A stretch of 64,000 bases of DNA. It comes from Chrysomallon squamiferum. Its lineage: Eukaryota > Animalia > Mollusca. This document shows positions 1-17,805 of the stretch, piece by piece (position 1 is the first letter of the stretch; every line of letters begins with the position of its first letter). A model generated the notes under the pieces. That model was not told the DNA's origin and made no database searches. It worked only from the letters and a program-made list of their open reading frames with translations. Location of the stretch: assembly GCA_012295275.1 (NCBI GenBank), contig CM022679.1, positions 29,388,001 to 29,452,000 of the forward strand, read 5' to 3'. A program made the translations under genes and the position numbers.

Positions 1-623
1 CTTCATGTTTTAACTTAAAATTTCAGAAGATCTGTAGACGTTATTCATAATACTAGGTGTTTTCTTTTTCATTTTGTTTTAAATCATTTTTCGGATTAAA
101 AAAAAAATTCATTCGTGAAATAAGATATGATTTTCAAAAAACGAAAAGGAAAAAAGAAGAAGAAAAAAGCTTATCTAATTTATTACGATTATTTTTATGT
201 CAGTCGTTAGTATAACATTTAACATTTTAGTTTTCAAAAGATGGAAAGTAAAGGAAGATAAAAACAGAAGAAAAGGAAACAACAAGATATGTTTTAAGGA
301 TCATATTTTATTCATCATTCAGTTTTAGAAATAAAATGATGTTTTCATGGTTGTCTTCGAAACCAATTGATTCACGTCCCTTTTCAGCTGAAAAATGAAT
401 TAAAGCTTTTATTACAATCTACACATTTTCCAAGAAAACACATCAGTATATAAATACATGTAGTTTGAACTGTTCATATAATTAACGTGCTTCATTAGTA
501 AGAATTAAACTTTGTTATTAATTAAAACCGAAAACCGTGTTAATTCTTCTCTCTCCGTACATAATGGTTATTATCTTTTCTCATCTTGAACTTAAAATTG
601 TACCGTTATTTTTTTTTTTTTTT

Positions 624-671
<48 letters not shown>

Positions 672-1221
672 TTAAATATAGTTCATATATAAGATAAACT
701 GATAACGTTTTCTTATATGTCAACGTTCCAAAAACATAGAAAGTTGTTTTATTTATATTTCAACCGGCGACAGTAAAATCAGTTTTAATAATAATAATAA
801 TAATGATAATAGTAGAAGTAGTAGTTGTAGTAGCAGTAGTAGAAGTAGTAGTAGTAAATGTTCTTAGACGACACTTTTGAATGCAATCATTAAGCATCCT
901 AAAAATATCAAATTTAAATTATTAAAATATTGTAATAATGAATATCGAATTTTAAATAAATAAATAATTTATTTTTATGACGAAAGCAATTTATTTTTTT
1001 ATTTTTTATTATTTTTTTATTTTTTATTATTTAAACAAAATAATTAAAACAAAATAAAGGAAAGAAAGAAAGGAAGAAGGAAACACAATTTCTTTTCGGA
1101 TTTACGATCATATCCAACTAAACAGTGATATTAGTCATCACCAACATCATAACCAACAATTAATTTATAAATATTCATTCAGCTGAAACGGTCACTTGTT
1201 AATAATTACTTGTAATAAGCG

Positions 1222-1318
<97 letters not shown>

Positions 1319-1463
1319 GAAACTAACTTATAGCTCACAGATACTCACAAATATTCTCTATATACAAATCGTACTTACCCATAAGTGTATCGACCACTTA
1401 AAAATAAAAATAAATATAAATGAAAAAAATATACATAAATAAATAAATAAATATATATACATA

Positions 1464-1704
1464 CAGGGTGGCCCAAAAGTAGGATTACAGTTATTACGTA
1501 GGCAGTTTGTTTTAAAATATAAGCACGTTTCAAGCATTAAACAGAATCTGTTTAATCTCTGAGGTGCTCAAAATGTAAGCAGCAAGGGAAAAGTGTAAAT
1601 CCAAGTTAGATCTGAAGAATATTTTATGTTAATTGTACTTAGCAAGTAACTTCAAGCATATAAACGATAGTTTAATAAATGTAAACTACTTTTGGGCCAT
1701 CCTG
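1464..1704. mobile_element. 241-bp MITE with Tc1/mariner-like terminal inverted repeats, inside intron 3 of copy A
   Basis: Left end ta|CAGGGTGGCCCAAAAGTAG, right end CTACTTTTGGGCCATCCTG|tg (19-bp TIR with 1 mismatch) in a TA-rich site; absent from the homologous intron of the other copies. Confidence 0.8.
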
Positions 1705-1726
1705 TGTATATATATTTATATATAGC

Positions 1727-1800
<74 letters not shown>

Positions 1801-1820
1801 TGATAATGATAATGTTAATG

Positions 1821-1886
<66 letters not shown>

Positions 1887-2151
1887 GTAGTAACAATAAT
1901 AACATTAATTTCAGTAAATGAAAACCTCGTTACTGAAGTAAAACATTTTATCAGAGGAAAGGGACATATTGAAGTATATAAGACAGAAGAGTAATATCTG
2001 TAGTGGAATGTATTTAAATTAAAGTATATAATAGATACAATCACTATAAGTTGACAGTGGTGTACTGAAATATATAATATACATATATGATACAGTAAGA
2101 AGGTGAAAAACATAACATGGAATCCTATATATTTTTGTCTATATATATTAC

Positions 2152-2335
<184 letters not shown>

Positions 2336-2402
2336 GGGAAGGGAATAATGCATGATTTGATGTGTGATGATACTCACAGTAGTTTAAAGACACGTGCCCT
2401 AC

Positions 2403-2460
<58 letters not shown>

Positions 2461-2709
2461 GTAATAATGATTGTGGTGGTGGTGATGATGATGATAATAA
2501 ATTTACAGCTACTACTACCACTATTACTACTAGACTACAACTGCAATGATACTAGTAATATTAAAAATGCGGTAGACAATCTTGTAGTATTTTATGTGCT
2601 TTTCCAAGAACAGTAATGAGACAACTAAACAGACGTGCATCTACTACTTACAGTGATGTAGGAAACTCATGGCCAGGAATATAAATACGATAATTACAAT
2701 TCTTTGGGT

Positions 2710-3060
2710 TCATACATTGTGAAGTATATGGTTTACTTTCATGTAATATGAAATATATGCGGTATACTTTCATGTAATACGATGTATATGGTTTACGTTC
2801 AAGTAATAGGAAGTATATATGGTATACTTTCATGTAATTTGAAGTATAAGGTATAATTTCATATAATGTGATGTATATGGTACACTTTCATGTAATATGA
2901 AGTATAAGATAAACTTTCATATAATAGGATGTATATTGTTTACTTTCATGTAATAGGATGTATATTGTTTACTTTCATGTATTATGAAATATATACGGTA
3001 AACTTTAATGTAATATGAAGTATATATATACTTTCATGTAATATGAAATATATATCGTAT
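2710..3060. repeat. Degenerate ~27-bp tandem repeat (gaagtatatggtttactttcatgtaatat-like) in intron 2
   Basis: Visible periodicity; homologous arrays at ~6690-6950, 22130-22280, 28290-28380, 32955-33145 (24-bp units there) and 37640-37750. Confidence 0.75.
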
Positions 3061-4199
3061 ATTTATGCTTTAGTATAGGATAACGACGACAACAAGAAAA
3101 GAAAAATAGAGTGAAAACCCGTATACTACTTACACGCATTTTTTGTAGCAGGCGTTATCAGCCTGACCCAGTGTTGTAGTAGCAGCAGCCAACAACAGAC
3201 AGACCACTTTATTTACTTCACGACTTTTTTGGACATAATTACTTCAATATCATTTCTGTGTACTGGATGTTAATAGACTGTGAATTCGGTTTTCAGTGCT
3301 GTCAAACTTGACACAGGACAACAAAATTTTCTTGGAGAATATTCAGTCAAATGATTATTATTTTTTTTATTGCAAAATACATTTTGTCTCGTTGTAATTC
3401 AAAAACATTTTCCAAAACGTTACTCTTTGAAGCAGTTCACGTGCTTGCTATGGATGGTTGTGATTCAGTCCAGATATAATTTTAAAATACAATTTAACTC
3501 TTCTTTTTTTTCGAGTTTTCTCACAATAAACATTTTTCAGTATCATTATATTATGTTCATCGGTATTTGAACTTAATCAGTTTTCTGAAAAATGATTTAA
3601 ATTTGTTTATCGTTCAGATTCTGTAAACTGTTCCTTAACACTCGTTTAACAGTGTGGGGTCACATTTATTAATTTGTTAAATACGCAGTCTTCCATAGAA
3701 AACGTCATTATTCCAGTGAACAAGATCCAGCCCTGAGAGCTAAATTTAGCAGATTAATCACAACATCTGTTTACCTTATTTGCTTATTATTAATTAATCT
3801 AATAATTAAATATACTTACATTATTTGCATATAAATTAACGTAATAATTAAATATTTAAATATTTATCAACTCGATTCAATATACTTAACTTATTTGCAT
3901 ATTAATTAACTTAAAAATTAAATATGCTAATTCATTTCAGTGTGTGTTTCTATTTCGTTTAATACGTTCAACACGTTTTAGTACACTAGACAGCTTCTTG
4001 TCGATTACAGTAAATATAACCAATGTTCAAATTTTTAAACAGTCCTTAAACGTAATTCCAACATCTTCATCTTTCTTTGATATCGATCATGAGAAATCAT
4101 CTCTCTTTTGTCAGTCGAATTATATGTATATTTAAAATAGCTTTCATCTCTCTCATAATGTATTCATTTTTCATTGTATATAGATATCGCTCGACTGAC

Positions 4200-4500
4200 A
4201 CTTTATTTTCTGTCACTGGTTATTTGAGTAAAGTGGCCATCTCAAATACTAGATGTTCGAGTTTGCAATCTTGATGATTTTCGAAATATTACAGACCTAA
4301 CTGTCAAAAATGGCTGGTTCTTTGCATGATAGAGTACCAATGTTCTCAGACAAAGTTGAAAGTTTATTCTGCTTTGCAGCCTCACTCCGAGGATCAACAA
4401 AAAATAAAAGAGGAAAAAGAGTGAGCTTGATGAAGTGAAACTTCATGTTTTAACTTAAACTTTCAGAAGATCTGTAGACGTTATTCATAATACTAGGTGT
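4200..4500. mobile_element. Dispersed TE-like fragment carried in each duplication unit
   Basis: Block gccatctcaaatactagatgttcgagtttgcaatcttgatgattttcgaaatattac... recurs at ~8340, ~9890, inverted at ~30600-30900, ~35340-35660, ~39700-39830, and as a longer version with GCGCATGCGC at ~41520-41940. No transposase or clear TIR seen. Confidence 0.45.
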
Positions 4501-4810
4501 TTTCTTTTTCATTTTGTTTTAAAATCATTTTTCTGATTAAAACAAAATTCATTCGTGAAATAAGATATGATTTTCAAAAAACGAAAAAAAAAAAAGAAGA
4601 AGAAAAATGTTTATCTAATTTACTACGATTATTTTTTTATCTCAACTGTTAACATTTAACATTTTTTAGTTTTCAAAAGACGAAAAGTAAAGGAAGATAC
4701 AAACAGAAAAAGAGCAAACAACATGATATGTTTTCAGGATCATATTTTATTCATCATTCAGTTTTAGAAATAAAATGATGTTTTCATGTTGATCTTCGAA
4801 ACCTATTGAT

Positions 4811-5076
4811 TCACGTCACTTTCAGCTGAAAAACGAATTAAAGCTTTTATTACAATCTACACATATTCCAAGAAAACATATAAATATATAAGAACATGCA
4901 TTTTGAACTGCTCATATAATTAATAAACGTGCTTCATTAGTAAGAATTAAAGTTTGTTATTAATTAACTGATAAAACCGAAAACAGTGTTAATTCTTCTC
5001 TCTCCGTACATAATGGTTATTATTTTTTCTCGTCTTGAACTTAAAATTGTACCGTTATTTTTTTTAATTTTTATTA

Positions 5077-5132
<56 letters not shown>

Positions 5133-5711
5133 AATATTGTTTATTCATAAAACAGCGTTTTCTTATATGTCAGTGTTCGAAAAAATTTGATTTATTTATA
5201 ATTCAACCGGCGACAGTAAAATCAGTTTTAATGTCCACTAACACTAAATTTGTAATCGTTATCCAGTTATTAAATAATAATAATAGTAGTAGTAGTAGTA
5301 GTAGTAGTAATAGTTGTAGTAGTAGTAAATTTTCTTACAGGACATCTTCGAATACAGTGTCGCCTGATCCTACAAATATCAAATTTAAATTATTAAAATA
5401 TTATCATAATGAATATCGAATTTTAAATAAACAAATAAATAATTAAATAATAATTTATCTTGATTACGAAAGCAATGTTTTCATTTTATATTTTCGTATT
5501 ATTATTTTTATTTTTTAGATATTTAAACAAAGATAATTAAAACAAAATAAAGGAAAGAAAGGAAGAAAGGAAAAACAAATTATTTTCGGATTTACGATCA
5601 TATCCAACTAAACAGTGATATTAGTCATCACCAACATGATAATCAACAGTTAATTTATAAATATTCATTCAGCTGAAATGGTGACTTGTTAACAGTTAAT
5701 TGTAATAAGCA

Positions 5712-5809
<98 letters not shown>

Positions 5810-5935
5810 ACTTTGTGTTTGAAACTCATTTATAGCCACTAGACACAAATCGCACTTACCACTCATTATCCAAACCACTTAAAAAAAAGAAAGAAAGATC
5901 AACAAACAAACACAAATAAATAAATAAATAAATTC

Positions 5936-5968
<33 letters not shown>

Positions 5969-6217
5969 GCATTAATTTCACTAAATAAAAACATCGTTAC
6001 TGAAGTATAATATTTTATCACAGGAAAACGACATATTGAAATATATAAAAGAAAAGAATTTTTTTTAAGTGGAATGTATTTAAATTAAAGTATATAATAG
6101 ATACAACCATTATAAGTTGACAATGGTATACTGAAATATGTGATTTACAAATATGATACAGTAAGAAGGTGAAAAACATATCATGGAATCCGATATATTT
6201 TGGTCTATATATATTAC

Positions 6218-6302
<85 letters not shown>

Positions 6303-6411
6303 AAGGGAAAAAATGCATGATCTGATGTGTGATGAAAGGTGATAAAAAATCACATTCACAGAAATTTAAAACAGATACTCACAGTAGTTTAAAGGCACGT
6401 GCCCTACAATC

Positions 6412-6450
<39 letters not shown>

Positions 6451-7139
6451 GTATTAATAGTAATAATGATTGTGGTAGTGGTGATGATGATGACAATAAA
6501 TTTACTACTAGACTACAACTGCAATGATACTAGTAATATTAAATGCGGTAGACAGTTTTGTAGTATTTTATGTGCTTTTCCAAGAACAATAATGAGATAA
6601 CTAAACAGACGTGCGTCTACGACTTACAGTGATGTAGGAAAACCAGGAACATAAATACGATAATTACAATTCTTTGGGTTCATATATTATGAAGTATATG
6701 GTTTACTTTCATGTAATATGAAATATATTTGGTATACTTTCATATAATACGATGTATATGGTTTACTTTCGTATAATATGAAGTATATATGGTATACTTT
6801 CATGTAATACTAAGTTATAAGGTTTACTTTCATCTATAACGCATATGATATACTTTCATTTAACATAACATGAAGTATATGGTTTACCTTCATGTAATAT
6901 AATGCAGATGGTATATTTTCTTATAATATGAAATACACGGTATACTTCTATATACATAGATTTTCAAATCGTGTATTTATGCTTTAGTATAGCATAACGA
7001 CGACGACAACAAGAAAACAAAACCCGCATACTACTTACTTGCATTTGATGTAGCAGTCCTTGTCAATGTCTTCTAGTTTTGTAGTAGCAGTAGTCAACAC
7101 AAGACAGACCAGTAGTACTAGCAGTCCTAGACTCGACAT
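4811..7139 (-). CDS. Copy B secreted twin-CX3C peptide precursor: MSSLGLLVLLVCLVLTTATTKLEDIDKDCYIKCKARAFKLLGLDNEWIRRHCIRRCPLKVT*
   Basis: Exons 7139-7039 (phase 2), 6403-6383 (21 nt), 5877-5860 (18 nt), 5369-5339 (31 nt), 4825-4811; all GT-AG and in frame; hydrophobic signal peptide; non-coding exon 1 donor at 7343. Confidence 0.8.
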
Positions 7140-7343
7140 ATCTCTAATACAAACACACTGAAATATAAACATAACTATCAGCATTAAAAAATACACGGAA
7201 CTGTTAAAATTACAAAAATACACGTAACTGTTAAAATTAAAATATTTATGTCTGGCTATGCGTGTATGTATGTAGATAGAAATATAGATGGTTAGGTAAT
7301 AATTTTTAAGTTGACATGTACAATGAATACAATCAAAACATAC

Positions 7344-7425
7344 CTTCAAAGTTTTCTCTTTTCTACAGTCCAAATAGCAAGTTCAAGCTGGTATGAATTT
7401 TCGTTTGAACGTGCTGCTATTTATT
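7344..7425 (-). promoter_or_regulatory. Core promoter and non-coding exon 1 of copy B
   Basis: AATAAATA variant at the TATA position (7425-7418), conserved leader ttggactg..gaaaagagaaa..gaag|gtatgt shared by the family. Confidence 0.55.
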
Positions 7426-8948
7426 TACAACTAACGATTGATTATTTTTTATTTTCTATTTTTTATTATTTATTTTTTTTATTTGTATTTATCATTGGAA
7501 TTGTTTTTACAAATTCATTTAATATAGCAACTGTGTTTAACACACTACACACAGTTACACATTGTTAACAGAGCCGTTAGAAATAAATGATTACAATTAC
7601 TTATAAAGAGATTCACCTATTTAATTAATTATAAAATGATAATTAACATTTCACTGCTCACTTAGCATTTACAAATCACTTTATTTACTTCAGGAAGTTT
7701 TTTTGGCTATTGATATTTAGTGATATTGAAGTAATCAGTTCTGTGATTTGGATGTTAATCGAATGTGAATTCTGTTTTCAGTGCTGTCACACTTGACACA
7801 GGACAACGAAATTTTCTTGGAGAATATTCAGTCAAATGATTATTAATTTTTGTATTGCAAAATACACTTTCTCTCGTTGTAATTCAAAACGTTACTCTTT
7901 GGAAACCAATGTTCAAATTTTAAAACAGTCCTTAATCGTAATTCACAGATTTCAAGACTCAGTGCTGCGAGCTAAATTTAGCTGATTAATCACAATGTAC
8001 GTTTACCTTATTTGCATATTATTAATTAATCTAATAATTAAATATACTTACATTATTTGCATATTAATTAACTTAATAATGAAATATGCTAATTCATTTC
8101 AGTGTGTGTTTCTATTTCGTTTTAGTACACTACACAGCTTCTTGTCGATTACAGTAAATAAAACCAAAGTTCAAATTTTCAAACAGTCCTTAACCGTAAT
8201 TCAAAATTTTTCATCTTTCTTTGATTTAGACCATGAGAATTCATCTCGTCAGTCGAATTATATGTATATTTAAAATAGCTTTCATCTCTCTCATAATGTA
8301 TTCATTTTTCATTGTATATAGATATGGGCTCGCTCGACTGACACATTATTTTCTGTCACTGGTTATTTGAGTAAAGTGGCCATCTCAAATACTAGATGTT
8401 CGAGTTTGCAATCTTGATGATTTTCGAAATATTACAGACCTAACTGTCAAAAATGGCTGGTTCTTTGCATGATAGAGTACCAATGTTCTCAGACAAAGTT
8501 GAAAGTTTATTCTGCTTTGCAGCCTCACTCCGAGGATCAACAAAAAATAAAAGAGGAAAAAGAGTGAGCTTGATGAAGTGAAACTTCATGTTTTAACTTA
8601 AACTTTCAGAAGATCTGTAGACGTTATTCATAATACTAGGTGTTTTCTTTTTCATTTTGTTTTAAAATCATTTTTCTGATTAAAACAAAATTCATTCGTG
8701 AAATAAGATATGATTTTCAAAAAACGAAAAAAAAAAAAAAGAAGAAAAAAGCTTATCTAATTGATTACGATTGTTTTTTTATGTCAGTCGTTAGTCTAAC
8801 ATTTAACATTTCAGTTTTCAAAAGATGGAAAGTAAAGGAAGATAAAAACAGAAGAAAAGGAAACAACAAGATATGTTTTAAGGATCATATTTTATTCATC
8901 ATTCAGTTTTAGAGATAAAAATGATGTTTTCATGTTGATGTTTGAAAC

Positions 8949-9204
8949 CTATTGATTCACGTCCCTTTTCCTCTGAAAAATGAATTAAAGCTTTTAGTAC
9001 AATTTACACATTTTCCAAGAAAACACATCAGTATATAAATACATGCATTTTGAACTGTTCATATAATTAATATACGTGCTTCATTAGTAAGAATTAAAGT
9101 TTGTTATTAATTAACTGATAAAACCGAAAACAGTGTAAATTCTTCTCTCTCCGTACATAATGGTAATTATCTTTTCTCATCTTGAACTTAACATTGTACC
9201 GTTA

Positions 9205-9235
<31 letters not shown>

Positions 9236-9348
9236 TTAAATACAGTTCATATATAAGACAAACTGATAACGTTTTCTTATATGTCAACGTTCCAAAAACA
9301 TAGAAATTTGTTTTATTTATATTTCAACCGGCGACAGTAAAATCAGTT

Positions 9349-9399
<51 letters not shown>

Positions 9400-9410
9400 G
9401 TAGAAGTAGT
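8949..9410 (-). pseudogene. Ghost copy retaining only the terminal exon (RKRDVNQ*) and part of the last intron
   Basis: ttttcag|AGG AAA AGG GAC GTG AAT CAA TAG at 8972-8949; at ~9411 the sequence jumps directly to the upstream-flank block tgtggggtcacatttatt, so exons 1-5 are deleted. Confidence 0.8.
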
Positions 9411-10574
9411 ATGTGGGGTCACATTTATTAATATGTTAAATACGCAGTCTTCCATAGACAAACGTCATTATTCCAGTGAACAAGATCCAGTCCTGAGAGC
9501 TAATTTTAGCTGATTAATCACAACATCTGTTTACCTTATTTGCATATTATTAATTAATCTAATAATTAAATATACTTACATTATTTGCATATTAATTAAC
9601 TTAAAAATGAAATATGCTAATTTACTTCAGTTTTTGTTTCTATTTCGTTTAACACGTTCAACACGTTTTAGTACACTGGACAGCTTCTTGTCGATTACAG
9701 TAAATAAAACCAATGTTCAAATTTTTAAACAGTCCTTAACCGTAATTCAAAAAAAATGCATCTTTCTTTGATTTAGACCATGAGAAATCATCTCTCTTTT
9801 GTCAGTCGAATTATATGCATATTTAAAATAGCTTTCATCTCTCTCATAATGTATTCATTTTTTATTGTATATAGATATCGCTCGACTGACACTTTATTTT
9901 CTGTCACTGGTTATTTGAGAAAAGTGGCCATCTCAAATACTAGATGTTCGAGTTTGCAATCTTGATGATTTTCGAAATATTACAGTCGTAACTGTCAAAA
10001 ATGGCTGGTTCCTTGCATGACAGCGTACCAATGAATGGGAACCGAGTAAAGAAAATATTCAACTTCTAAAACAAGGTTGAAAGTTTATTCTGCTTTGCAA
10101 CCTCACTCCGACGATCAACAAAAAAGAAAAGAACAAAAAGAGTAAATTTGATGAAGTGAAACTTTAGATTTAACTTAAAATTTAAGAAGATCTGTAGACG
10201 TTATTCTTAATACTATGTTTTGTAATCAACCTGCACAAGTAAAAAGAAATAATTTTATTATTTTTTGCTTTATTTTTAAATCATGAATTCTGATTATTAA
10301 AATGTATTCGTGAAATAAGGTATGATTTTCAAAAAACGAAAAGGAAAAGAAGAAGAAGAAAAACCTAATTTAATTTATTACGATTATTTTTTATGTCAGT
10401 TGTTGGTATAACATTTCACATTTCATTTTGGAAAAGGAAACGAAGATAAAAAAAAAAAAAAAAAGAAAACCAAACAACATGATACAGTTTAGTATGATAT
10501 TTTATTCATCATTCAGTTTTAGATATAATAAAACTTCACTGATATTTCCATGGTTCCCTTCGAAATCTATAAAT

Positions 10575-12903
<2,329 letters not shown>

Positions 12904-12944
12904 ATCTGTAATAAAACAACATATAGAAATACACTCGTAAATAG

Positions 12945-13645
12945 ACACGTAACTGTCAGCATTAAAATATACACGTAATTGTCAGTATTAAAATATACAC
13001 GTAACTGTCAACATCAAAATATACACGTAAATGTCAAAATTAAAATATACACGTAACTGTCAACATTAAAATATACACGTAACTGTCAACATTAAAATAT
13101 ACTCGTAACTGTTAACATTAAAATACACACGTAACTGTCAACATTAAAATATACACGTAACTGTCAACATTAAAATATACACGTAACTGTCAAAATTAAA
13201 ATATACACGTAACTGTCAACATCAAAATATACACGTAATTGTCAGTATTAAACTATACACGTAACTGTCAACATTAAAATATACACGTAATTGTCAACAT
13301 TAAAATATACTCGTAACTGTTAACATTAAAATACACACGTAACTGTCAACATTAAAATATACACGTAACTGTCAACATTAAAATATACACGTAACTGTCA
13401 AAATTAAAATATACACGTAACTGTCAACATTAAAATACACGCGTAATTGTCAGTATTAAACTATACACGTAACTGTCAACATTAAAATATACACGTAATT
13501 GTCAACATTAAAATATACTCGTAACTGTTAACATTAAAATACACACGTAACTGTCAACATTAAAATATACACGTAATTGTCAGTATTAAACTATACACGT
13601 AATTGTCAACATTAAAATATATTCGTAACTGTTAACATTAACATG
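12945..13645. repeat. 26-bp minisatellite (attaaaatatacacgtaactgtcaac) ~27 units, intron 1 of copy C
   Basis: Directly visible tandem array; same unit in intron 1 of copies B, E, F, G, H, I and J. Confidence 0.95.
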
Positions 13646-13683
13646 TTTATGTCTGGCTATGCGTTATCCATATAGATAGATAT

Positions 13684-13739
<56 letters not shown>

Positions 13740-13791
13740 TTAGATAATAATTTTGAAGATTACATGTACACTGAAGAACAGCAATACATAC

Positions 13792-13874
13792 TTTCGAATA
13801 TTTTCTCTTTTGTTCAGTCCAGTGATCAAGTTTGAACGTATATGATTTTTCGTTTGAACGTGGTGCTATTTATG
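13792..13874 (-). promoter_or_regulatory. Core promoter (CATAAATA) and non-coding exon 1 of copy C
   Basis: Homologous to the E/F/G promoters; donor gtatgt at 13791-13786. Confidence 0.55.
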
Positions 13875-15210
13875 CACAAAGAATGATTAACTAATTTGTT
13901 TTTAATTTGTTTTGTGGGGTTTTTTAGGTTGTGTTTATAGCTGGATGTTTTTTACAAATTAGTTTAATATGCAAATGAGTTTGAAAGACTCCACCCCCAG
14001 AAAGATTTTTACGCATTATCCAGTGAGCCATTGAAAACAGATTATTAAAATTACTTATTTCCTCTTCGTGTTGGCAGAAAATAAACTGCCACAATTACGT
14101 CAATATCATGACTGTGTGACAGATGTTACGAGAGAAAAAACGTTTTCCAAAACGTTACTCTTTAAAGCAGTCACGTAGTTGCTATTGATGGTTGTTATTC
14201 AAGCCAGGTATAGTTTTATAATACAGTTTAACTAATAGCATAAATGCTCTGAATCCTTTTCTTTCTTTCTTTTTTTTTTTTTTTGTCAGATTTTCTCAGA
14301 ATAAACATTTGTCAGTACCATTAGATCAGTATTTCAACTCAAAGAGTTTTCTGAAAAATGAAGTTTAAAATTGAAGTTTTGTGAATCATAAGATGTTTAT
14401 CGTTCAGCTTCTGTAATCTGTTTCTCAACCCTCGTTTAACAGCAAATTCTAGCAGATTAACAACACAATATGGTTAACTTATTTGCATATTAGTTAGCCC
14501 TAATTACATATGTTTGACTTATTGCTATATAAATTAATAAAATAAATAAATATGCTGACTTGCTTGCATATTTATCAACTTGATTAAATATACTTACCTT
14601 ATTTGCATATTAATTAACGTAATAATTAAATATGCTAATTTACTTCAGCGTGTATTTCTGTTTCGTTTAACACGTTCAACACGTTTTAGTACACTAGACA
14701 GCTTTTTGTCGATTACAGTAAATATAACCAATTTTTAAACAGTCATTTTCATCTTTCTTTGATTTAACCATGAGAAATCCTCTGTTTAAAGCCCCCAGGT
14801 ATTAAACATTATAAACTAACTAATTTTACCTAGAGTGTTTCTTAGTGCAGCTCTGTTGTCAAATTTCACTTAATTTGAAAATACGAATGGTGGAATTTCC
14901 AGATAAAAAGATTTTTATCTTGTTTTTCTAACCACAAATAATTTTTGTTTTTCGAACAGCTAAAATTAAATGTTGTCGTCCCATTCAGTGAAATTCCCAG
15001 CTGGTCGAAACATAAGTAATTGTCTGTTTTATAAACACAACTTTATTATATGTATAGGTTAATGACCTCACTCATGATTGAAGTAAACTTCATTTTATAG
15101 CACGTGTCTGTTATTATTTAATTTCATTCAGTATTAATTTTCTTCTTAACGTCTCTCTACAGTGTACTGTGTTTTAGTATCTCAGGTTTTCTTTAACTTT
15201 TATTATTCAC

Positions 15211-15251
<41 letters not shown>

Positions 15252-15619
15252 GGTGTGTGTATGTTAAAAATGTACTAGCTTAAGAACATGTATAATTATT
15301 ATTAAAAAAACAATTGAAATCATTTTGTAATTTTGGTCTCTAAGGATTCGAGCTGACATAAGCTGACCGCTGTAAACTACGTATGTATGTATGCTTAAAT
15401 ATGTACCTTTTTGTTATGGTCTCTTTTGTAAGATTCCCCTTCTTGTTTTTGTTGTTTGTTTGTTTTCTGTTTCTTGTTTTTGTTGTTGCTGTTCTTGTTG
15501 TTATTTTTTTGATTTTTTTTGAATTTTAGTTTTATTTTGATTCGTGTTATATTATATATATATTCGTGGTATTTATATACAACAAATTTCTTTAAATATT
15601 GGAATCATTAATAACGAAT

Positions 15620-16150
15620 GTTAAGGAACAGATTACATAAACTGAACGATAAACATTTTCTGATTCACAAAACATCAGATTTTAACTTCATTTTTCAGAA
15701 AACTGTTTGAATTGAAATACTGATCTAATGATACTGACAAATGTTTATTCTGCTCTGATATATATTTTTTGTAATATATAGACAGACCTTCACGATTCCA
15801 TGGTGTTTTTCACCTTATTTCTGTAACATGTTTGTATATCACATTTTTCATTTATAACTGTCAGCGTATAATGGTTGTATCTCGTATATACTTGAATTTA
15901 AATACATTACACTAAATGATATTACTCTTCTGTTTTATATATTTACATATTATACTTTAGTAACGATTTTTTAGTTACTGAAATTATTATTATTATTATT
16001 AATATTTGCTATCATCATCATCATCATTTTTATTAATTATTTATATTAATATATTTTGTGTTTGTTGTTGTGTTTTATTATAAAGTTACATTATCATTTC
16101 TAAGTTTTCAATACATTTCAGTAAAACAAAATCTTAAACATACTGAACAC
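15620..16150 (+). other. Inverted relic: upstream-flank fragment fused to a degenerate intron-3 fragment of the peptide family
   Basis: 15620-15750 is the reverse complement of ~14296-14425; 15760-16000 resembles the intron-3 block (gattccatg..tttttcacctt..ataatggttgtatct..aaatacattacact..tattactcttctgttttatatattt). No intact exon found. Confidence 0.5.
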
Positions 16151-16543
16151 AGGGCACAGTTTTAAATCTTTGTCTAATTTAAAATATACATTATTAACTG
16201 GATGTAAAGATAAACATTACACTGTATTCTAAGAGAAGAAGAAGAAGGAGAAGAAGAAGAAGAAGAAGAAGAAGAAGAAGAAGGAAAGCAATTGCAGCTT
16301 ACTGAGTTAGTACTATTGTATAATGGGTTAAAGATGGAAGTATATAAATATGGAAAAAAGAAACATCAAAAAGACGACAAGAACAGCAGTAAATTTAAAA
16401 AGAAAAAGAAAAACAAAGAGATAAAGAATTAAAAAAGAAAATAAGAAATAAATATCAAATTAAGAGTGTATTGTTTATTCTCATTAGAAATAAAACAGCT
16501 GTTTCATGACTGTATTCCAAAAGGCAGGCCAGTTAACTGAAGA

Positions 16544-17729
16544 TCACTGAAAAATAAAATAATTTTTTATTATTATTATTATTTATAAGATACACATTAG
16601 AGACAAAATGTTTATCTAGTCAGCTTTTATATTCTTAATCCCTATAATAGTTTGGAAAATATGGACATTTTTTCTTCATTTTAATACAAAAATTGACAAT
16701 GATTTTTTTTTTTCAATGTTCAAGCTTGAATGGCTACAGAAACCATTTTATTGTTAATTTTTTAAAGTATGGAAATTTTTCTTTTATTTTAACACAAACA
16801 AACTGATAACAATATTTACATGTTCCAAATTGAATAGTGACCACGATAGTTTTGAAAAATATCAATTCTTTTATTACACTGACGAACAAACTGATAATGA
16901 TTTTTACATGTTCACATTTGAATGATTATGAAAACTATTTTAACATGTTTCATTCAAAACAAATTTAAAATCTATTCTTTACATATTATAATTTGAATAG
17001 TTGCATATTTTCACATAATGCAGAACTGAACTTTCGATTGTAGTAGAATCAATATTAATGTTCCCGAAATGTTAAATGACAGCTGTCCAAAGATTTCCTT
17101 ACTTTCTCGACTTCTACAGACACGTCTTCAAATATTTTATCGCAGGTTTCTTCACACTCGTCAATGAACCTAAAACAACGAAGAATAAATCAGTTCAACA
17201 GTTGATTCGACTGAACTTTTAGGCTGCTTATGTTTTAGCCTGTAGCGAGGGGTCCTAAACAACATGAGGCAGATTACAGCTAACAATGAAAACTGATCAG
17301 TAAATCCCTACCATACTACTTACAATTAGTTTTTGTTTTTATCAACTTGGCTGGCAGTGGAAAAGAAACTTTTCATTTGCTTTGATCATTTGGTATCGAA
17401 CACGGTCAAAGAACGCCATCTTGCTTGCCGTTTGTGCTCAATAAGTCAGGGGAAGCTACTCCATCAAAGCATGTTTTTACATTGTTTAGATATATTATTA
17501 TTAAAATCAGAAAAATAAAATAAAATAAAATAAAATAATAATAACTGGTCTAAACATATTGTAAATAAGTAATAAATCACAAAAAGAATGTATATATATA
17601 TATATAAAAAAAATATTTAAAAAACCTGTTTAAAAATAATAACCAAATTAAATAAAATAATTAAAAATGACTATTGCTTGGGTATTACTCATTTAACAAA
17701 CAGAAATAAGTTCACATTAAATAAAATTT

Positions 17730-17805
<76 letters not shown>

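Noticed and set aside
2640-2670. Donor-like cactgtaagt in intron 2 as an additional micro-exon (also ~6620)
   Set aside because: No adjacent AG acceptor, not conserved in C or E-H, and the frame closes without it.
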